Source: an uncultured bacterium
GTDB taxonomy: Bacteria > Cyanobacteriota > Vampirovibrionia > Gastranaerophilales > Gastranaerophilaceae
Assembly: GCA_949292185.1 (NCBI GenBank)
Contig: CASEYP010000002.1
Location: 46,142 to 110,141 of the forward strand
Length of the DNA: 64,000 nucleotides
Reading direction: 5' to 3'
A model generated the notes under the pieces. It was given only the letters and a program-made list of their open reading frames with translations. It was not told where the DNA came from and searched no databases. The translations under genes were made by a program, and so were the position numbers. Below are positions 48,596 through 56,360 of this stretch, piece by piece (the first letter of the stretch is position 1; each line of letters opens with the position of its first letter).

Positions 48596-48605
48596 TATAA
48601 AGTAT
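48584..48605. promoter_or_regulatory. Perfect 22-bp palindrome built from the proximal motif half
   Basis: ATACTTTATATATATAAAGTAT equals its own reverse complement. Confidence 0.7.
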
Positions 48606-48624
48606 TAAATAAGAGGACAAAAAG

Positions 48625-49869
48625 ATGGGTATCTACGGAGCAGGCAAAGCCTTCAACTATGAATTTATACGAAGAGGACAGGTTTCAAGAAATCCAAAAA
48701 TCATCCAAAAACAACCCGCAAATGTAGTTTTTGGAGGACACTCAGTAACAAAGACCACAAATATAACTGTAAATAATGGTCCAACAGGTTTTTGGGGCTT
48801 TTTGGGTGGATTTATGAATAGCCTATTCGGCGGTGGATTAAGCTTTGGTGGATTCAATAGCTTTAGCAATTTTGGTATGGGTATGGGCATGGGTATGCCA
48901 ATGATGGCAAGTCCATTCGGAATGCTAAACCAAACACAAATGAATTCAAAAACACCAAAATCCGGAGATAGACTAAACGATTTAAAAACATTATATCCTG
49001 ATTGGAATATCGTATCAGATGGAAATGGCAATTATGATGCAACATCAAAAGATGGTACAGTGCATCACAAAGGCAATTTTGAACAAATGTGCGAATTATT
49101 AAAGAAAAGCTCTGAAGCAAAAGATCCACAAGGAAAAGATTCTGGAGCAAAAGTAGATGATGATGGTAAAGACTCAGGATCAGGTGCCGGCTCAGCTTCA
49201 GGTGCCGGCTCAGCTTCAGGTGCTGGCTCAGGCTCAGGTTCCGGTTCAGGATCCGGCTCTGGTTGGGATGCTGCAACTGCAAATGATTTAAAAGGATTTA
49301 CTGGAAATATCTCTGTTAATGACTTTGCTTCTGGTGGAGGCGCATCAATAAATGGAGCTACTGTATTATCAAAACCTGGTGAAAACACTCAAGGATTCCC
49401 TGCAAAAATAGCTGTCAAAGGATATCAATATGTATTTCAATCTGTAGACTCAGATGGTAAAGCAATTTACAAATCTATGAACGGTAAAGGCGACACATAT
49501 AAACTTGAAAAACAAGGTGATAGCTTCGGATTAAATCAACACGAAGGAGACAGTCTATCAGGTGTTGGAAGCATCGATATTGGAGGTGCAAGTTCAGCTG
49601 GTTCCGCAAGTAAAGCAAACAAAAGTTCTAAAACTCCAAATTCTAAACCGGTAAATGATAATAAAGAGATAAAAAGAAATAATGACGGATCCGTAACAGT
49701 AACAATAGGCGTTCCGTACAAAAATACAGGAACAGTAACTTTAAAACCATCAGAAATTAAAGGACTGAATGATGAACAAATAAAAGAATTGGCAGAAGAA
49801 AAAATAAAAGAACAAAAAACTCCAAAATTACAAGTTCCTAAATTTTCTAATTTTTCAAACATACAATAA
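48625..49869 (+). CDS. Leaderless protein: F/G/M-rich low-complexity N-terminus, (GAGSAS)/(GS) linker, unknown C-terminal domains
   Basis: 414 aa. Residues ~53-101 read GFWGFLGGFMNSLFGGGLSFGGFNSFSNFGMGMGMGMPMMASPFGM. Residues ~184-213 are a Gly/Ser/Ala linker. AAGAGGA RBS. Confidence 0.75.
   Translation: MGIYGAGKAFNYEFIRRGQVSRNPKIIQKQPANVVFGGHSVTKTTNITVNNGPTGFWGFLGGFMNSLFGGGLSFGGFNSFSNFGMGMGMGMPMMASPFGMLNQTQMNSKTPKSGDRLNDLKTLYPDWNIVSDGNGNYDATSKDGTVHHKGNFEQMCELLKKSSEAKDPQGKDSGAKVDDDGKDSGSGAGSASGAGSASGAGSGSGSGSGSGSGWDAATANDLKGFTGNISVNDFASGGGASINGATVLSKPGENTQGFPAKIAVKGYQYVFQSVDSDGKAIYKSMNGKGDTYKLEKQGDSFGLNQHEGDSLSGVGSIDIGGASSAGSASKANKSSKTPNSKPVNDNKEIKRNNDGSVTVTIGVPYKNTGTVTLKPSEIKGLNDEQIKELAEEKIKEQKTPKLQVPKFSNFSNIQ
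49183..49263 (+). repeat. 18-bp in-frame tandem repeat (GC-rich) encoding the GAGSAS/GSGS linker
   Basis: GGTGCCGGCTCAGCTTCA occurs twice perfectly (49183-49218), then GGTGCTGGCTCAGGCTCA and GS-coding degenerate copies. Confidence 0.85.
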
Positions 49870-49897
49870 ATAGAACATAATTATAAAGCTAACTAAT

Positions 49898-49925
49898 AAA
49901 AGGATGAATTTAAATTCATCCTTTT
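49898..49925 (+). terminator. Terminator of the 48625-49869 gene
   Basis: Palindrome AAAAGGATGAATTT / AAATTCATCCTTTT followed by a T-rich tail. Confidence 0.8.
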
Positions 49926-50015
49926 ATTTTGAATAAAGATTTCTAAACCAACAAAATGAACAATTAAAGAATCAAAAAATTTATCCCGAAAGACATAAAA
50001 AGAAGGGAGAAAATT

Positions 50016-50177
50016 ATGGCAAGAATTATTGAAGGTCAAAGACGTGTAATAAGATTAACGGTAGATGATGTTTTAAATATCGTAAGAGAATATCAAAAAT
50101 TAACACAAAAAAGCTGCTGCTACGAACACACAAGAGAAATTTTGTCAAAATCACCGATGTATTTGCCGGAAGACTAA
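50016..50177 (+). CDS. 53-aa hypothetical protein (unlisted small ORF)
   Basis: Own translation: MARIIEGQRRVIRLTVDDVLNIVREYQKLTQKSCCYEHTREILSKSPMYLPED. GAAGGGAG RBS 6 nt upstream. The listed 50026-50211 minus-strand ORF is antisense to it. Confidence 0.5.
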   Translation: MARIIEGQRRVIRLTVDDVLNIVREYQKLTQKSCCYEHTREILSKSPMYLPED

Positions 50178-50276
50178 CAGGTTTATAAACAAATATATAA
50201 AGCTTTACCAAAAACTAATACACTCTTCACTTTTGTAAATGTTCATAGTAAAATCAAAATCAAAAGGATTTATACT

Positions 50277-51560
50277 ATGCAATTTATTGATAAAGCCAAA
50301 ATAAAAATCAGCTCCGGCAAAGGCGGAAACGGAGTAGTAGCTTGGCGCAGAGAAAAATTTGTAGAAAAAGGCGGACCGGCTGGCGGCGATGGCGGCAAAG
50401 GCGGAAGTGTATATTTAGTTGCAGATGAAGGCTTATCAACACTTCTAGATTTCACATACCGTTCTATATTTAAAGCTGACAACGGAGAAAACGGCTTTAA
50501 AAAGAGTATGCACGGCAAAAGTGCTAAAGATTTATATATAAAAGTTCCAACAGGAACTATCGTGAAAGATTTAAAAACCGGCAATATTATTGCCGATTTA
50601 ACACAACACGAACAAAAGGTTTTAGTTGCAAGAGGCGGTAGAGGAGGCAGAGGAAATATTCATTTTTGTACACCTCAAAACAGAGCACCTCAATATTGTG
50701 AACCTGGAGAACCAGGAATTGAAAGAGAACTTCAACTGGAATTAAAATTATTAGCTGATGTTGGGCTTTTAGGATTTCCAAATGCAGGTAAATCTACTTT
50801 TATAAGCAGAGTTTCCGCAGCTAAGCCTAAAATTGCAGATTATCCATTTACAACACTAGTTCCAAATTTGGGCGTCGTAAGAAAAGATTCTGGAGATGGC
50901 TATGTTATAGCGGATATTCCAGGGTTAATTGAAGGTGCTTCAGAAGGTGTTGGACTAGGTCACGACTTCTTACGCCACGTTGAAAGATGCAGATTTTTGC
51001 TTCACATCGTAGACGGAACAGAAATTGATCCTGTTAAAAATTACAAAATCATCAATGAAGAACTTGCAAAATATTCAGAAAAACTTGCTAAACTATACCA
51101 AGTTGTCGCAATCAACAAAATTGATGTAATTGATAAAGATCACCAAGAAGCTTTGAAAAAAGAATTCAATGAAATTGGAGTTGAGCCATTCTTCATTTCA
51201 GCTGTAACTGGTGAAAATATAGACACCCTAAAACACGAATTAGAGCACAAAGTTGATACTATAGAAAAACCGAAATCAGAAGTTACTGTAGAAGAAGATT
51301 TTGAGGCTACAAATAATGATGATGGTTATTGGGATGTTCAAAAATTAAACAAAGATACTTATCTTGTAACAGGCGGTAGAATTATTAGAATTTCACAAGT
51401 TACAGATCCAAGAAGTACCGAACAAATTATAAGATTTCAAAACATTATGATTAGTATGGGAATTATGGATGAATTGAAAAAACTTGGAATTCAAAACGGC
51501 GATACCATAATTGTTGGAAAGCTTGAACTTGAATATTGGGATGATGAAGTTTATAAATAA
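50277..51560 (+). CDS. obg: GTPase Obg/CgtA
   Basis: 427 aa. Gly-rich Obg fold (GKGGNGVVAWRREKF), G domain GFPNAGKST / DIPGLIEGA / NKID, and a C-terminal OCT-like domain. Confidence 0.95.
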   Translation: MQFIDKAKIKISSGKGGNGVVAWRREKFVEKGGPAGGDGGKGGSVYLVADEGLSTLLDFTYRSIFKADNGENGFKKSMHGKSAKDLYIKVPTGTIVKDLKTGNIIADLTQHEQKVLVARGGRGGRGNIHFCTPQNRAPQYCEPGEPGIERELQLELKLLADVGLLGFPNAGKSTFISRVSAAKPKIADYPFTTLVPNLGVVRKDSGDGYVIADIPGLIEGASEGVGLGHDFLRHVERCRFLLHIVDGTEIDPVKNYKIINEELAKYSEKLAKLYQVVAINKIDVIDKDHQEALKKEFNEIGVEPFFISAVTGENIDTLKHELEHKVDTIEKPKSEVTVEEDFEATNNDDGYWDVQKLNKDTYLVTGGRIIRISQVTDPRSTEQIIRFQNIMISMGIMDELKKLGIQNGDTIIVGKLELEYWDDEVYK

Positions 51561-51628
51561 TAACAACTTTACATCAACCGAAAACAATGCTAAAATCATA
51601 GAGTAAAGAAGAAAAGAGGTTATAAACT

Positions 51629-51799
51629 ATGGCAAGATTAATCAGACCAACATGGGCTATCAGATGCGTACAATCAGGATGCAAATGTTTATTTGAAGTT
51701 GCACAAACAGAAGACGGTAAACAACAAGAAGTTGTATGTCCAAATTGTGGAGAACACTATGTTTACCCTATTTACGATAATGACGAAGAACAAAAATAA
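51629..51799 (+). CDS. 56-aa zinc-ribbon-like protein (unlisted small ORF), 2 nt upstream of the radical SAM gene
   Basis: Own translation: MARLIRPTWAIRCVQSGCKCLFEVAQTEDGKQQEVVCPNCGEHYVYPIYDNDEEQK. AAGAGG RBS. Confidence 0.5.
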   Translation: MARLIRPTWAIRCVQSGCKCLFEVAQTEDGKQQEVVCPNCGEHYVYPIYDNDEEQK

Positions 51800-51801
51800 A
51801 A

Positions 51802-52734
51802 ATGTTTTTTAATAATACAGACAAAAGATACAACCAATTTAGTGCATATTTGAAAAACAAATTTGGTGCAAAAGTTTATAAAATAACTCTTGATGCAGGT
51901 TTTTCATGTCCAAACAGAGACGGAACAATATCCACTGGTGGTTGTATTTTTTGTGATGATGGTGGGAGTTTTTCTCAAGCTCATTCTAACCTTCTATCTA
52001 TAGAAGAGCAAGTAAATATTGGAGCAAAAACATTACACGACAGATTTAAAGCTGAGAAATTTATGTCATATTTTCAAGCCTACTCAAACACTTACAAACC
52101 TGTAGAAGAACTTGAAGTTATATATAAATCAGCATTAAAACATCCTGATGTTGTTGGACTATCTATTGGAACAAGACCTGATTGCATAGATGATGATAAA
52201 TTAAATTTAATTTCTGATATTTCAAAAGATTACTATACTTGGATTGAATACGGACTTCAATCAATTCATGATAAAACTTTAAAAAGAATAAACAGAGGAC
52301 ACGATTTTAATTGCTTTTTAAAAGCTTATGAAAAGACAAAAGAAAAAGGAATAAACGTTTGTGTACACGTAATATTCGGACTTTGGGAGACAAAAGATGA
52401 AATATTACAAACCGCCCAAAGACTTGCGCAATTAGGAGTTGATGGAGTTAAAATCCATATGTTATGCGCCTTAAAGGATACAAAACTTGCCAAATTATAT
52501 GAAGCAAATGAAATAGATTTTATGAGTGAAGATGAATATGTAAATTTGGTATGCGATTTTCTAGAAATATTACCTCCTCAAACTACAATTCACAGACTTG
52601 CCGGTAACGGTTTAAAAAAGAATTTGATAGCACCACGCTGGCTTGGAGCTAAATTAGATTGCCTAAATAAAATCGATAGAGAATTTATTAAAAGAAATTC
52701 ATATCAAAGCTCAAAATACTTTACAAGAACCTAA
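51802..52734 (+). CDS. Radical SAM protein, TIGR01212/YhcC family
   Basis: 310 aa with the family-typical FSCPNRDGTISTGGCIFC cluster motif. Confidence 0.8.
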   Translation: MFFNNTDKRYNQFSAYLKNKFGAKVYKITLDAGFSCPNRDGTISTGGCIFCDDGGSFSQAHSNLLSIEEQVNIGAKTLHDRFKAEKFMSYFQAYSNTYKPVEELEVIYKSALKHPDVVGLSIGTRPDCIDDDKLNLISDISKDYYTWIEYGLQSIHDKTLKRINRGHDFNCFLKAYEKTKEKGINVCVHVIFGLWETKDEILQTAQRLAQLGVDGVKIHMLCALKDTKLAKLYEANEIDFMSEDEYVNLVCDFLEILPPQTTIHRLAGNGLKKNLIAPRWLGAKLDCLNKIDREFIKRNSYQSSKYFTRT

Positions 52735-52862
52735 AAATATGTGATAATATGAGGTGCTATATTGTAACATTTTGTTAATGGATTTCACATATAATAGCAA
52801 AAAAAATTGTTTATTCGTATTATACGAATGGAAATTAAATTATAAGGTAGTGGGGGAAATTT

Positions 52863-53675
52863 ATGCTAACAATCCAACCTAATTTTACAACGCATTCTAA
52901 TAACAGATTATCATTCAAAAGTGGCTACAGTGTAGACACTGAAGAAGACAAAAAATTTCAAGAAAAAACCAGATTTTATGAAGATCAAACTCAAGATTTT
53001 GATAATATGATCAATGATACCAAAACCCCTGAGTATATGAAAAAAGTTTTCCAAGGATTCAAAGTGGCATCAGCTGGTTTATTTGAAGGTTGGCTTGTAA
53101 TGTGGGGCGCATCTAAAGGCTCCAGATTCATAAAAAATGGAGTTTTAAAAGGATTAAACAGCAAAGTTGTAAAAGAATTTAAAGAAATTATAAAACCACT
53201 ATCAAAAGGATTACAAGCTGCAAGAAAAACAATTTCTACCGCCATTACAGATGGTGCAACCCAATTTAAGAATTCTGAATTTTTAAAGAAAGTAAATGAT
53301 AACTTTATTGGCAAACAAATAGTAAATGTATTCAAATTTATCGGAAAGAGCATTGCTGCCGTTGGTTCAATGGTTAAATCAGGATACAATGCAATCGCAT
53401 CACACTTTAAAGGTAAATCTGCAAGTGAAATTTATGATAAAGCTGCCAAAGTAACAGGCACAACATTAGGTGTTGGAGCAGGTGCAGCAGGCGCATATAC
53501 AGCTACATTAAAACCTGAAAAGCCTGAAACAAACAACAATATTAATGATGAAGTTGATAATGACTATTACTATACAGATGAACCAGTAGACTACAAACCT
53601 AACAGATCATCTAGAAATGTAGATTTAGATAGAGAATATCAAGAAGAAATGGAAAAATTAGAGGCAGGTGAATAA
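52863..53675 (+). CDS. Lys-rich amphipathic-helix protein, unknown function
   Basis: 270 aa. GTGGGGGAAA RBS, Gly/Ala patch GVGAGAAGAY, acidic Tyr-rich C-terminus. Confidence 0.6.
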   Translation: MLTIQPNFTTHSNNRLSFKSGYSVDTEEDKKFQEKTRFYEDQTQDFDNMINDTKTPEYMKKVFQGFKVASAGLFEGWLVMWGASKGSRFIKNGVLKGLNSKVVKEFKEIIKPLSKGLQAARKTISTAITDGATQFKNSEFLKKVNDNFIGKQIVNVFKFIGKSIAAVGSMVKSGYNAIASHFKGKSASEIYDKAAKVTGTTLGVGAGAAGAYTATLKPEKPETNNNINDEVDNDYYYTDEPVDYKPNRSSRNVDLDREYQEEMEKLEAGE

Positions 53676-53676
53676 T

Positions 53677-54180
53677 ATGCCTTCAATAAATCCTATAAAT
53701 CACCAACCAACATATCATTCAGTACATACCACATCTGCAGAAGAAAGAAAAGACAATAGGGAAAAAGTAGCAGCAGGTGCAGGTGGTGCTGCAGGTGTAA
53801 CAGGAACTGCTGCAAAAGCAATTACCAAAAGAGCAGCACAAATTGAATCAAAAGAACAATTATTTCAACAAGGGATGGCAAAAGTAAATAGAACTTGCCA
53901 TACTATAACTAAAAATACACAAGAAGCAGAAGGACTATTTGCAACATTTAGAGTAAATATCAGAAGATATACAGATGATATTATAAGAAGATTAAGCAAA
54001 TTACAAGATTCCACAATACTAGGTCCAATTATAAAAAGTCCTGTAACCAAAAAAGCAGCAAGTATATGTGGTGGAGCATTAGCATTCTTTGTATTAGTAA
54101 CAGGTATAAATAAAGCAGTAAGAAACGGTGCTATTGCAGTTGATAATATAAAAAATCAATATCACGAAATGAACGGATAA
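53677..54180 (+). CDS. Hypothetical protein with Gly/Ala patch and C-terminal TM helix
   Basis: ATG at 53677, 2 nt after the upstream stop, with GAGG 12 nt upstream (the track uses GTG 53668). AAGAGGAAGVTGTAAKA patch. TM helix AASICGGALAFFVLVTGI. Confidence 0.55.
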   Translation: MPSINPINHQPTYHSVHTTSAEERKDNREKVAAGAGGAAGVTGTAAKAITKRAAQIESKEQLFQQGMAKVNRTCHTITKNTQEAEGLFATFRVNIRRYTDDIIRRLSKLQDSTILGPIIKSPVTKKAASICGGALAFFVLVTGINKAVRNGAIAVDNIKNQYHEMNG

Positions 54181-54206
54181 AATAATATAATAAATTGAAA
54201 AAATAA

Positions 54207-54240
54207 AAAATCGTGCTAAACTAAGTTTATGCACGATTTT
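54207..54240 (+). terminator. Terminator-like hairpin overlapping the folP start codon
   Basis: 10-bp stem AAAATCGTGC / GCACGATTTT with a 14-nt loop. The folP ATG (54229-54231) straddles the loop/3'-arm junction. Confidence 0.5.
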
Positions 54241-55371
54241 TTAATAAAAGAATTATCTAACACAAATATAGAAAATGAATTAAAGCTTATAGGCTATGAC
54301 AAGTTTTACGCGCACACTGCTCAAGAAAAATTTGCCTATAAAAATTTTAAAATTTTCAAACTTAGTTTACCTCAAGCAAATATCTTGAAACAAACTGCGC
54401 TAACTGTTGGTGCAGATTGCGGAACAAACAGAGAAACTATAACAGGCCAAATTGAATACACTGATTGTATTTTAGGTGGAAGCTTTTCTCAAATAAAAAA
54501 GATTGCAAAAAAATTACAATTCCAACCATTTGGATTAAAAAAACTTGGACAAATGCTTGAAGAGCAATTACAACAAACAAGTTCAACTCCTAAAACTCAA
54601 ATTATGGGAATTCTAAATATTACCCAAAATTCATTCTCTGATGGAGGAGAGTATTTTGAATTTGGAGATTCTATCAAGCACTTAAAAGAGTTAATAGAAG
54701 AGCAAGCAGACATTATTGATATTGGTGCAGAGTCAACAAAACCATACTCAAAACCAATTTCACCTGAAGAACAATTAGAAAAACTAATACCTATTTTAAA
54801 ATATATAAAAGAAAACAATATAACAACTCCAATAAGCATAGATACAAGAAGTTCAGAAGTTGCAAAAAAATGTATAGAGTTAGGCGCTAATATCATAAAT
54901 GATGTTTCAGGATTTGATTATGATTCTAATATGGTAAATATAATAAAAGATAATCCAACTACAAAAATAATCATCCAACACTCACAAGGAACACCTGAGA
55001 ATATGCAAGATGCTCCACACTATGAAAATCTTATGGATGAAATTTATATAAACCTAAAGAATAAAGTTGATTACGCAATAGAAAAAGGTATAAAAAAAGA
55101 AAATATAATAATTGATCCGGGTATTGGATTTGGAAAAACTAAAGAACAAAATTTTGAAATTCTAAAACGCTGGAAAGAACTAAGAACAATAGGCTGCCCA
55201 ATTCTTATAGGTCTATCAAGAAAAAGTCTATTAAATATGCAAAATTCAACGAACGAAGAAAAAGACATCTATACACTTGCTATAAATAGCATACTAATAA
55301 ATGATCATATTGACTACATAAGAGTTCATAACGTAAAAATTCACAAACAATTACAAGCCATAACAAATTAA
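54229..55371 (+). CDS. folP: Dihydropteroate synthase with about 120-aa N-terminal extra domain
   Basis: DHPS core from about aa 124 (IMGILNITQNSFSDGG, DIGAESTKP, DPGIGFGK). Confidence 0.88.
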   Translation: MHDFLIKELSNTNIENELKLIGYDKFYAHTAQEKFAYKNFKIFKLSLPQANILKQTALTVGADCGTNRETITGQIEYTDCILGGSFSQIKKIAKKLQFQPFGLKKLGQMLEEQLQQTSSTPKTQIMGILNITQNSFSDGGEYFEFGDSIKHLKELIEEQADIIDIGAESTKPYSKPISPEEQLEKLIPILKYIKENNITTPISIDTRSSEVAKKCIELGANIINDVSGFDYDSNMVNIIKDNPTTKIIIQHSQGTPENMQDAPHYENLMDEIYINLKNKVDYAIEKGIKKENIIIDPGIGFGKTKEQNFEILKRWKELRTIGCPILIGLSRKSLLNMQNSTNEEKDIYTLAINSILINDHIDYIRVHNVKIHKQLQAITN

Positions 55372-55419
55372 GCCACTTATCCAATTCATAATAATATATA
55401 TAAACCCAATAATATTACT

Positions 55420-56316
55420 ATGAAATTCAACTTTACCACCGGCAAATTTATGTTAATACTAATCTTTTTAAGTGCAATCGGTTACGGAATTTTCATATAT
55501 TCAACCCACACTTATATAAGAGCAGAATTTCAACATCTTGACCCGTTTCCTGCTAAAATGCCGGTATATTATAAAGGTTATAAACTTGGAACGACTTCAA
55601 AAAATGAAATTTCAAAAGATTTTACCAAAACAATTTTATACATTCGCCTAAAACAAAGAGGATTACATTTACCTAGAAATATTACAGCTGAAATAAAAAA
55701 GCAATCCGGAAGTTACTATGTTGAACTTGTATTTCCCGAAAAACCAGCAAAAAAATACATTAGAAGCGGAGATTTAATAAAAGGAAAAACCTATTCTGAA
55801 ATTGAAGCAACCAGAAAACTTAATCAGGCGTACTTGGTAAGTCTTGCTGAAAAAGGTGACAATTTGCTAAATTCAGCAACAAAATTATCAGAAAATGCGG
55901 ACAAACTTATACTTTTACTAAATGATGTTATTGATGAAAATAGAGACGATCTAAAAGCAACAACTAAAAACCTAAAAACAACAACTGAAAACTTATCAAT
56001 AATAACAACAGAAGTAAAAGACTTAGCCCAAAAAGCAAATTCAAGTATCAATCCTCAAGAGTTAAAAGCCAGTTCTAAAAACATAAAACTTATAACAGAC
56101 GACTTAACCCAAATAACAAGCAACTTAATACCTATAACCAAAAATTTAACTGATACAACATCAAATCTATTACTTGGGCTGCCGAAACTCGACAACTTAA
56201 TAGATAAACTTACAGGAGTAGTTGTAAATCTTAATGAGATACTTCAAGGGATAAAATGCACACTAAAACAAAGATTTTCAGGATTTAGAATAATGTTTGG
56301 CAAGGCTATTAAATAA
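55420..56316 (+). CDS. MlaD/MCE-like membrane-anchored protein with helical repeat C-terminus
   Basis: 298 aa. N-terminal TM helix, MCE-like segment (PVYYKGYKLGTTSK), then LKxTTxNL-type helical repeats. Confidence 0.45.
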   Translation: MKFNFTTGKFMLILIFLSAIGYGIFIYSTHTYIRAEFQHLDPFPAKMPVYYKGYKLGTTSKNEISKDFTKTILYIRLKQRGLHLPRNITAEIKKQSGSYYVELVFPEKPAKKYIRSGDLIKGKTYSEIEATRKLNQAYLVSLAEKGDNLLNSATKLSENADKLILLLNDVIDENRDDLKATTKNLKTTTENLSIITTEVKDLAQKANSSINPQELKASSKNIKLITDDLTQITSNLIPITKNLTDTTSNLLLGLPKLDNLIDKLTGVVVNLNEILQGIKCTLKQRFSGFRIMFGKAIK

Positions 56317-56360
56317 ATAATAAACCCTACCAAACACATCTTAAAACAAATTCAAAACAA

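Noticed and set aside
48863-49388. Two 107-139 aa minus-strand ORFs over the Gly/Ser repeat region
   Set aside because: They are created by the GC-rich, stop-poor 18-bp repeat. They translate to PEPEPE/LSRHLK-type repeats. The plus-strand frame is continuous with flanking non-repetitive coding sequence and has an RBS and a terminator.
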